Shown piece by piece: positions 1-9,770 of a DNA stretch of 64,000 nt (position 1 is its first letter; every line of letters starts with the position of its first letter). The translations under genes were made by a program, and so were the position numbers. The notes beneath the pieces were generated by a model. That model saw only the letters and a list, made by a program, of their open reading frames with translations, had not been told where the DNA came from and did no database searches. This DNA is from Rhina ancylostomus (taxonomy: Eukaryota): positions 5,467,393-5,531,392 of the forward strand of contig JARFYF010000119.1 of assembly GCA_030265395.1 (NCBI GenBank), read 5' to 3'.

Positions 1-178
1 TGCAGGTAAGAGATAGTGATAGGCAGGTGCGGGGGAGGAGGGGAGAGCAGCTCTACCAGGGGATGGGTTGAAGGTAAGGAGGAGAAAAGTGGGTTAGAAA
101 AAAGAGACATAGGCTAGGACAGGGAAGAAAAGGCATGGTTGGGGGTGGAGATTACTTAAAGTTGGAGAATTCAATGTT
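1..178 (-). mobile_element. Penelope-like retroelement 3' remnant (runs off window start)
   Basis: Purine-rich tract ending in GATTACTTAAAGTTGGAGAATTCAATGTT. Its reverse complement resembles the sequence downstream of the GIY-YIG region in elasmobranch Penelope-like elements (compare 50400-50445 and 57035-57490). Family recalled from memory. Confidence 0.5.
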
Positions 179-234
179 TGAATTTTGCTTGAACATTGAA
201 TTCTCCCACGAATTCTCTCCCTGTAGTGATTTCT

Positions 235-475
235 GTCAAAGCGCTTCGGTCTTCTCCCATGTCCCAAAGGTCTGCTGGCAGGTTAATAGCTGATTGGAAA
301 ATACCCATTATTGTAGGTAAGGGGAAAAAAAACGAAAGAGGAATTGATGGGTAGATGAGAGAGAATAGGTTCCAGAACTGTAGAAAAATAAGGAGAGAGG
401 GAAAGGGACTGATGGGATTGCTCTGCTGGGAACTGGCTTGAACCCAAGTGGCTAAATGGCCTTCTGTGTCATAAT
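235..475 (+). mobile_element. Degenerate V-SINE/HE1-type SINE body and tail
   Basis: CTTCGGTCTTCTCCCATGTCCCAAAG...GCAGGTTAATAG..GATTGGAAAATACCC...GGCTAAATGGCCTTCTGTG parallels the body and tail of the better-preserved SINE at 53550-53892. Confidence 0.45.
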
Positions 476-829
476 AAGCAAGTTAGTGATATTTTATACC
501 TATGACATACACTCCATTGTGGAATATTATCAATTGTCCATACAGAATCCCTTCTAGCGTTCTTTCACCAGTTATTGATCTGGCCAGTTAGAAGATCATT
601 GCATGGTAATTCATTTTCCTGAACAAGTATAATCTCTAATTGGAGTATCTCTGCGACCTGCAGACTGAATTTCTGTACAGCCTGTGACATCATAAGGTGT
701 GTGACTGATGTTGAGAAAATGTCTGAACATACTGAGTGGCTCATGAGAGTGGCCAATCCAATTTCCTGATGGGTAACCCAGGTAAAATTATGTTAACATG
801 TGATCTCTACAGGAAAAGCTAATTAATTC

Positions 830-1185
830 AGTGCTGTATTTGGGAATGAAAAATTAAACCTAAGACCTTGTCTATTCTCTTGGGTAGATGTAAAAGATGT
901 AGAAGATACCATTGTAGTCATATGCGGAAGATCCTTGTTTCCAGCATTTCTGTTTTTATTTCAATTTTCCAGTATCTTTATCTTCAGTCATCCCTAACAT
1001 CCTGGCTAATATTCATCTCTCAATCAACATATCTAAACATTAGATTATCTGCTCCCATTGCTGTTTTTGGGAGACGGGACGTTCACGTTGCTTCCAGTGT
1101 TAAAGTGCAAATGTAATTGACTGTAATGTAGTTGGGGACATTTTGAAAGGGACGTGAAAAGCACTATATGCACATAGTTTTCTAT
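830..1185 (+). mobile_element. DeuSINE (SacSINE1/AmnSINE1-related), 5'-truncated
   Basis: Deu-domain motifs in the expected order: TTAAACC..TGTCTATTCTCTTGGGTAGATGTAAAAGAT, CCTGGCTAATATTCATCTCTCAATCAACAT, AGATTATCTG, CATTGCTGTTTTTGGGAG, then tail GTGAAAAGCACTATAT. Confidence 0.65.
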
Positions 1186-1399
1186 CTCAAATGAGCCCAA
1201 CGCCATTTAAAATAAATATTTGCAGTCTTTATTACTCTTAAATTTGTTCCACCAGTTCACGGGTTTCGGTTCGACACGCATGAGTAAATACAGACAAACA
1301 CATTGCCCAGGAAGTCTTTACTNNNNNNNNNNNNNNNNNNNNNNNNNNNNNNNNNNNNNNNNNNNNNNNNNNNNNNNNNNNNNNNNNNNNNNNNNNNNN

Positions 1400-1900
1400 G
1401 TTCTTGGAACGTTGTGCTGGCCAGCGTCACGTTCGGCCGGGCGCAGAAGGCGGTGACGCGAGGGACGCATGCGTCAGCAGAAGGTGCGGGGTGGGTGGGA
1501 CCAGTGAGGGTGAGGGAGTTGCGCGGAGGGGAGGGGGTGGAGTGGAGGCAATTCGTGGAGATCGCGAATCGGTGGCGGAAACTCTGCGGATGTCGGAGGC
1601 GACAGTTGGTGAGTGTGGGAGCTGGGCCGGCGGTGGCCGGGGAGGGGCAGAGCGACAGTGGGCCTTGCCTACCGGGGAGGGGGGCCTGAAGTGGGCTCGG
1701 TGGCCTGTCTGGGTTTGACCCGGTCGCTTCCTCCCTCCCGGGGTAAACGTGTGGAGTTGGGCGCTCGGTGTCTGGCGGATTACTGGCTGGGCTTTTTTGG
1801 GGGGCGGGGGTGGTTGAAGGGAGAACACAACCACCTCCCTCCCCTTGCCCTTGCTCGGAGTGTACACCCTCTTCTCCGGGCATTGCACTGGGGCTGCAAT
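1400..1900. promoter_or_regulatory. RNF19A: CpG island / promoter of RNF19A
   Basis: Only strongly GC- and CpG-rich segment in the window. Contains three TGACG CRE half-sites (1425-1429, 1454-1458, 1472-1476), the palindrome GACGCATGCGTC (1464-1475), TCGCGA (1562-1567) and a GGGGCGGGG GC box near 1801. It lies upstream of the first coding exon on the same strand. The 5' edge is hidden by an N gap. Confidence 0.8.
1480..1608 (+). other. RNF19A: Probable non-coding exon 1 (5' UTR) of RNF19A; start approximate
   Basis: Consensus donor TTG|GTGAGT (GT at 1609-1610) inside the CpG island. The exon at 29200 begins with an acceptor upstream of the ATG, so an upstream UTR exon is required. The TSS cannot be fixed from sequence alone. 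Confidence 0.55.
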
Positions 1901-2134
1901 CTTTTTCTCCCTCTGCTGCCTATTTTTGTGTCGCTCTTAACAATAGGTAAAATAAAAACAGATGTTGTAACAAATCAGTGGTGGAATATTACTGGAAACT
2001 TTCTCAAGACACTCTTGGGGTCACGTTCCAAGCTTTTGCCTTACCCGAGGCATCGGTTATTTGTTGTTCTGCTTTTGGAAGATACTGAAAACAAAATTAG
2101 GACCTCCATAGGTCAAAGTTCACAATGTTTTTTT

Positions 2135-2610
2135 TAAACTTGCATTGATGTAGCCCACGTCATGTGCATTTGGGGGGGGGGAGTGCAAAGTGCTGCACAG
2201 GGATTGAATTGGGACACTGCAAAGTGCTACACAAGAATGAAGTATTTTTGAAGCCGAGTCACGGTTGTAGGAAACATGGCAACCAATTTGTGAACAGCAG
2301 TTCTCGCAAACAATTTGATAATGATCTGGTAACCTATTTTAGTCTTGTTAAGTGAGGGATAGCTATTGGGTTGGTTGTCAGGGATGGCTCCTCTGTTCAA
2401 AATAATGTGGCATTTCTTTTTAAATGTACACTAGAGGACAAATAGATCTTCAGTTTAACATTTCACCCAAAAGACTGCACCTCCAAAAATGCGGCAGTCC
2501 TTCAGTACTGCACTGGAGTGTTAGCCTAGTTTTTGTGCTGGTGTCTCTGGAGTGGGAATTGCATCTGGAAACTCTGACTCAACAACTGGTTCGCAGCTGC
2601 CACTAATGTT
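2135..2610 (-). mobile_element. DeuSINE, near full length
   Basis: Reverse complement shows a tRNA-like head with GAGTCAGAG..TCCCACTCCAGAGAC, then CACTCCAGTGCAGTACTGAAGGACTGCCGC..GGAGGTGCAGTCTTTTGGGTGAAATGTTAAAC, AAATTGGTTGCCATGTTTCCTACAAC, CTTCAAAAATACTTCATT and a tail ending in ATGCAAGT. Confidence 0.75.
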
Positions 2611-5600
2611 TTTTTCTCTTTTGATAAATGATTGCTGTTAGAACATGGTAGATCTCCCTTTAAATCATTTAGTTTTAAGGAGCATGAATTTATTTTATAA
2701 ACAATATTTAGAATATAAGGGAACTGTGATCCTGAAGCCCATGGTTTAGAAAGGGGAAAGAACACTGGTCTTCTTGTCAAGTTTGATTGAGATTATTTTT
2801 CTAATGCTGCTATTTGCATTAGGGTGAGTTTTAATTTAAGCAAATTGTGTATATTTATTATTCACAAAAATTAATGATTATTTATGGTGAGGGTTATGGT
2901 TAAGTTGAATTGGTCAAAGATCGGGAATAATTTGAATCTAATCAAATATGAAAATCCAAATTGTCCTTGCATGTGTCTTTTTGTGTAATGTAAAGTGGTG
3001 TGTAACTGGGTACATTTTAAACACCATGTACATGATTATGGTGTTGGGTTACATTACATAGAAAGATGTAAAAGGCAGAGGACTGCAAGGGTACTCCAAC
3101 ATCTTAAAACTGCCAATGTGATTTTTCTGGTAGTTGAGGGGAAATTAACAAGATGAGCAACACCTATTTTTGGTTTAAAATTGATATAAAGAAGTAGTTA
3201 AAATACCTGGCTTGCTTCCATACCATTTCTAAGAATTCTCACAAATGCAAATTTTAACACATGCATATTTGTGTGTTGTATACTGTATGCTCTTTTTGGC
3301 AATAAGTGTCCAAAAGGATATAGCAGTGATGCTTGAGGTTAGAGATTACAGACCTGAGGATTTGGCAGTGACCTGTGAAGTATTATACATTTTTTTTAGA
3401 GTTTGGATATTGATAGGATCTAGTGTATTCGCTGAAGAGTTGCGAATAACTAATCCAGATGTCTGGAATAGATAGCTCAAACTTTTGTCATGCTGCTTCA
3501 AGCAGTTTTTCTAAAAAAAGGTGCTTGGGTTTTGTGCAAAGTGTAGACTTATCAAATAGTTTTTTTTTAAATTAAGTAATGTTTTCCAGGTAGATGTTTT
3601 TCTCCCTTTTCCTTTTCTCAATTTTGGTTGGATATTTATTAGTTGGGCAGAAAAATGACACACCATAGTGTCCTTTGGTTAATGCAAAATTTTTTCTAAA
3701 AGAAAATATTATCTCTGTAGCTAATATCTGATCTTGCAGCCAGGTGTAATGTTAGCAGGCATTTTCAATACATTTTTTGTGCAGACATCACTTACAGTAC
3801 TTGGCCTTTCTCAAAACATGTTTGTGGTCTTTAAAATATTGAGGAAAAAGTTACCAGCATTGTATGAGTTTTGGAAGAATACCTTTTCAATGAGTACTTT
3901 TGGCATTTGGCTGGAATTAACCCTTATCTCCTGGTATGTCTGCTTGGACATCAGACCTTCTCTTGTTCTGTAATAGCAATGGTGTAGCTAAAATTGGCCT
4001 TAACATGTGATATGGCTGATGGGAAAATTAAGACCATCTTTCTCTGAAGCTATAAGTTGCTAATTCAAGAGTGGAATAAAGTGAGAAAACTAGGGAAGGA
4101 AACAAAAGTGGAATGAAGTAAACAAAGTAAAAAGATATTTCACAACGGGTTATAGCAAAATACTGGTCCTAGAAATATTTGCTCTGGAAATAACCAAGTG
4201 GGGAATAAATCAGATGATACAAAGGAAAATAACATAAATTTGGTGTTAAATTTTCAGATGTGATTTTTAAGTATTAGTTTGGGTGCTGGAATCATGATGG
4301 ACAGGGAAATACATGAGTGCTGTGTCCTGAAACTGTTCCAATAGTTTTACTCGGATAACAAATTAGCATCTAAGTTTGCAGAAGTTATAGTTATGAAGAA
4401 GGGGAGATTGGAGTCAGAGCGAAAAGCTTCAAATATATGGCCTTGTGTGCTGTGGTCCATACACTGCAGTGTTGTTCATTGCCTTGTACATTTGGCAGGT
4501 GATAGTTCGTAGCATTACAGTAGTACCATTGATGGTACAAATATTTCCATCCCTCTGTAATGTCTGTAAAACTTTACACGCGTCTGCCAAACGCCTTTAC
4601 CAACAGTTGCAGAGGCATTCAGCTGTGCAACTATCCCTTGATTCAATCTTTTCTAAAGAAATTGAAACCAGGTAACTAGTTCTTACTGTACGGGTGTGAT
4701 TTTGTTCACTTCCTTTCCATTTGACAAACTGCTTTGAATAACGGAGATGTTTCGTCGTCTTTTGCATGGTGGTGGTAGGCTGGAGGGAAGTTAACAAAAG
4801 TTCTCCTCTTTGGAAGTGAAAATGGAATATTAAGAGTAGAAGGATATGAATCACTTTTTGAAATTATCAGGTATTGCATAACACTGTACAAATTTAAAGC
4901 AATAGGATGAGCAATTAGATACTTCGCAATTTTGTCTGGGAGGCTAAGTCATAGCTGATTGTGAAATTTAAAATGCATGGGTAGCATAGAACAGAATAGG
5001 AAATGCAATATCCTTTTTATTCAATTAGTTTGAATTAGATATTCAGCTTATTATGAATGTGAATATGATTTTAATATTTCTTAAATGATTTGTGCAAGAA
5101 AGTTATTTGAATAAACTATAGTTTGCTTAAAGGCCAAAATCTCTGACTAGTATGTGTGTTTGATGTTTATGAAGTCTGTAAGGTGGTGGCACCATTTTTG
5201 AAGAGAGTGCTAGTAACTTCTGAACTAATCTTTGTGTAAAATCGTGCTCATGATTTATTACTTGCTTTAATGAATGTTAAACTTTAGGTCATGTTTTTAT
5301 TTCTGAACTGAGAGGAAGCACAAGTAAAAGGCTGAAAGGAACATGATTTGTAATTTTTGTGCTCGTTTTCACTCCACTGTTTTTCCAACAAACACACCTC
5401 CAGCAATGCAGGTTTGGTAGTCAAAATCTGTTTACGTATTTAGTTAATCTTTCAACCTTTATTTTTGAAGTTACATAGCCACTGTTTCCTTTTTCCGTGA
5501 ACCGTTCATTCTTTCAAGTACATTTTGAATTCTTCTGTGATTTGATAGAACTGTTTGTATAACCTCCATAATGTATAACCTCCAGTGTTTCAGAAAATTG

Positions 5601-6579
5601 GGCAGGTTGGAAATCTTAGTTCAGTTCTTGGGTTAACTGTATATTTTTTTAACTGCCTATTACATAAAGTTGCACATGGAGAAATGCTAACTGCTCATTC
5701 ATATAATATGGCTTATGTTGGAAATATGTGTATAAATCTGCCGCTTTTTGCTGTTAGTCTTTCCTGCAGTTTAACTAACGTGATGCTGTAGCCACAACTT
5801 CCAGTGCAGTCTAAATAATTGTGAAGCCAGTGAGTATCACATTGTACATGGATGCTATAGGCCAGACATTTTTCATAAGCACTATGTGCTATAACACTTT
5901 AAACTTGTAAAATTACCAGAAAAGCTGCAAGTAGTTATTCACAACTTTAATCATTGTTAGCTGGAGATTAGACAACATTGTTAGCCAAAAAATCGTGTGC
6001 TATCTGATGCAAAAACGTGTGCTGGGCAGTTGTCTAACATCAGCAATTTTGTTACAAAAAAAAACTATTAATACTCAGCAGTTAATTTTTTTTACAGATT
6101 TTGTTTTACTGAGAAGCTTCATTGTGGGGGGGGGGGGGAAAGTGAAAGCCTGTTGTTCCTTTGGTCTTGCATCAATTTTTGGTAAATTGAAATTGACATT
6201 GAACAGCTGCATCATAACACTTAGAATTTAATAGAAAATAGCCCATGATAGTCACCACAAATGTAATTAATCCTAAAACACATGGTTATTGAATGAAATT
6301 GCATGTTGGCATTGGGTTGTTGCTATTCATGCGTAGAAAGGTCTTAAGATATTGTTCTTTATGATCCACACTTTTGTTGGAGGCCTGAAGAAGTAAGTGT
6401 CCCACCCAAAGAATTAACTTTTTCTCTATTTCTCTTTTGGATGTTAAGTGATTTGAGTGTTTCTGGTCTTGAGTCTTCATGTTTACTTAAATGACATAGT
6501 AATGACTAGAGAAGTAGATTAGGACATTTAGCTTCTTCAGATAAACTTGCAAGTTACTTCAAATTCAGACTAAAATGTA

Positions 6580-7200
6580 AAAAATAAGTGTAATGATTTC
6601 CATTATCCCATCTAAATCTCTTTTGAAAGTAACATTGAATCTGCTTCTCCCATCCTTTCAGTCAGTGGATTCCAGGTCATGATTAATTCCTACATGAAAA
6701 TGTTTTTCCTGTGACTAATAAAGATATCTTATCTTACCCTGGGTTCATTTATTCGTCGTCCTTAACTTTGCCTCTGGTTCTCGATTGTTCCATCTCTGGA
6801 AATAATTCACCCTATCTAGACCATTGATTTAAAGGAATTGTTCAAAATCTTTTTTTTTGTCCTCCTTTGAAGAGATTAATCCCAGCTTCTCCAGTCGCTG
6901 ATATAATTTAGCTAATTTTTTAATGCATCTTCTCCAGAATCTTCACATCTGATAATGTGACATTGTCCTCTAGTTGGGAGCATACTAGTGTTTTATAGTG
7001 ATTCAGCACAATATCCTCGCTCTCTGATGCCTTTAAAGCCTGGGATCCCATATGCTGTAATACAATGTTCTTAACCTGTTGTGCTAACTTCAAAGGATTA
7101 GGGATATATATTTCTAGGTTGCTGTCCTCTCTTCAGAATTGTACACTTTGTAGTTCCTTGTCCTTCCTACGAAAATGTATTACTTTGCACTTCTGTGTGA
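6580..7200 (-). mobile_element. CR1-type LINE 3' fragment, highly decayed
   Basis: Motifs typical of the antisense CR1 3' end: CCATCCTTTCAGTCAGTGGATTCCAG, AATCCCAGCTTCTCCAGT, GTATTACTTTGCACTT. Confidence 0.55.
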
Positions 7201-9529
7201 TGAAATCTGCATTGCAAGAAGCTAATTAACCTGTAAGTTGTTAAATTGTATGCTCTGGATGACTGGGAAATATTGCTCTAATGGTATTGCTAACAATTGA
7301 TATCAAATATGTGTGCCTTTTCTGAAAAATATTTTGTAGTTTCCTCAAAGGTGAGTGTTTCTAAGATGGCATTGATAACTAAATTGAGTTGAGTTAGATC
7401 TACATATGAATTAACTTATCAAAGGTTGCAATCTTTTAATAAAATTATTTTTTAAAATATAAGCTAAACCAAAGTTTCATTTGAATTGCCTTCATCTTGT
7501 GAAATGTATGGATTATAGTAATGTGTAATGAGAGTTTGATGTGTGCTAGACCTTTAGGATAGATCAATAAATGTTCCTTGTATTGACATTGCTTGATATA
7601 ATTTAAATTGTTCAACCATCTGGTATGTTTTATTCCCTGAATCTTACTCCCATTAGCAATCCATGACCATTTAAGTTTAAAAACAGCTGCAGAGCAGTTT
7701 GGTAGTCCTGGCTTTCTGCTCTTGCATACGCTGCCAAAGATTATTACGGCTGAAGCTTGGGTATGTGAAACACATTCATTTTTTTTTCTGTCAGGAATGT
7801 GGGCAAAGAGCTTCACCACAAGGACTGGGGGTCACCCTGAACTATTTCCCTTAATATTGCATGAAGTGTCAACATTGTAAATTCTCAGCAACAAACAAAA
7901 AAACACACTCAAAAGAAGAACTGATTTGTCTGGTATTACTCAGTTCTGAATGTTTTATTGCTCTGAAAATATTTTTACCTTCTGATGTATGCTCTCCATA
8001 TAAGGAATCCCATAGTTGTGCACTTTAAGCTTTGCTTACCTTTTGCAGTTGGACCAGTCTTTGATCTGTGCATTTCCCAAATATTTTTATTTCTGAATTC
8101 TTGTATTTGAATTTTTCTGCAATTATTTTCCGAGTAAAGAAACAGCATTAAGCTTAATAGTTGTTGACCAGTTTGATTGCTGAATTTTTTTTCACTCCTC
8201 TATTGTACATGTGACTCTTGCATTACAGCCGTTTGGGTTATATAAATTTGCTTTTACAGAATTCACAAATCAGTATGCAAAAATTTGAGATGTGTAGTAA
8301 AATTCATCTCACTGAATTTGTGGGACATGAGAGTAAATATTTTTTTTCAACTCATTTCTTGACGCATGTGCAGATGACTTGGCTTCACATTACAGAAAAT
8401 CAAGATGCGGGTTGTTTTCTATAGATCCAATCCCACTAACATGGATCACTTGTGCTACATTAGAGAGATTAGCTAAACTAGGGTGGGAAATGCAAATAAT
8501 GGGTATAAGAACACATTGACAATGCATATGAATATCTGGATCATAACCTGTCTGAAATGGTGTTAATGCTTGGCCTTATTTAAAGCAGTTTGCAGGCCTT
8601 TGATTTCACAAATGTTGGTTTCCTTGTATGGAATGTGTGCCATTTTATCGATGAAGGTAGGAAAATTAGCATTCATGCAGAGTGTAAAATGTGTTAAGCA
8701 TTTTTAAATCTGGAATGTAACCAATAAATATTTCTAAATAGGCTTGTTTATCAATAATGATTTAGCTAAATGGTGAAACTGCAAAGTAACAAAAGTTGCT
8801 GTTCATGTAAAAGTCATCTTATCCATAGTTGAGAACTTTATGGATATGACAAAATATGAGATTTAAGTTTTCGGCCTATTGTCTTGCATAGCTGTTTCGA
8901 CTCCTACAATATGCCTCCATGCTTTTATTTAATCTTGATGTCAAAATGTTAATATTTCACTAAATTTAAGGAAAGAATTGAGGTTGGTTTGGGCAGTTAT
9001 ATAACTGCAATACGACTAACTGATTCAGATGATGTCATGCACCACAAGAGCAAAGCCCATCTGAATCCTGTGGCTTTAGATGATTCAAGCCAGCTGTTAA
9101 ATAATGGATGACTGCTTGTATTGTAAGGAATACAGCAAAGCATATGTTGGTTTGATCTTTTTTTGAGTTGCAGGTCTTGCTGTTGCATTTTCCATGTAAA
9201 CTTAGAGCCCCATTATTGCTGTTCAACCACAATTTTACATTCAGATTTCAGTTGTCTTCAATTGGTTGCCCTTCATTGGAGAGGTATTGAAGGTTTTGAT
9301 AGACGTTAATGCAACCAGTTCATTTTGTAATCTAACTGTGTACAGTTGGAGGAAAGAGCGTGTATTTTTTGGCCTAACAATGTTTTAGATTGGTGTTGAG
9401 GCATATCTGTCCAAGGTCTTTGCCTTCAGTGAACAATTCTTTGGAGAGAAGAGACTTCAGGGACTTAGCGTGCAAGATCAAGATAAGTCCTTTTAAGATT
9501 GTAAGATTCAGTAAGGATTTCCATGTCGT

Positions 9530-9770
9530 TGTTACGTACCAGCAATAACAGAAACACACCAAGACATGTATAAGTGTTAAAAACTACTTTATTAATAACT
9601 ACTTATGATAATAAGTAAAATAAAAGNNNNNNNNNNNNNNNNNNNNNNNNNNNNNNNNNNNNNNNNNNNNNNNNNNNNNNNNNNNNNNNNNNNNNNNNNN
9701 NNNNNNNNNNNNNNNNNNNNNNNNNNCACTATCTTAAAGGAACACTCACTAATAGTCATAGTCCGTAACA
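9530..9770 (-). mobile_element. LTR (solo LTR or collapsed LTR retrotransposon) spanning an assembly gap
   Basis: Termini TGTTACG (9530-9536) and CGTAACA (9764-9770) form a TG...CA inverted pair (9/10 match over 10 bp). Flanks GTCGT and GTCAT form a 5-bp TSD with one CpG transition. AATAAA is present on the minus strand. The interior contains a 100-N gap. Confidence 0.7.

Noticed and set aside
1257-2137. Several long overlapping ORFs (128-208 aa) on both strands at the CpG island
   Set aside because: Expected from stop-codon scarcity in GC-rich DNA plus an N gap. The translations are low-complexity Pro/Gly/Arg-rich with no recognisable domain.
4560-4680. Slightly CpG-enriched patch with CAG|GTAACT donor as an extra 5' UTR exon
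   Set aside because: No convincing acceptor or promoter signal; such donor-like motifs are frequent by chance in 27 kb.
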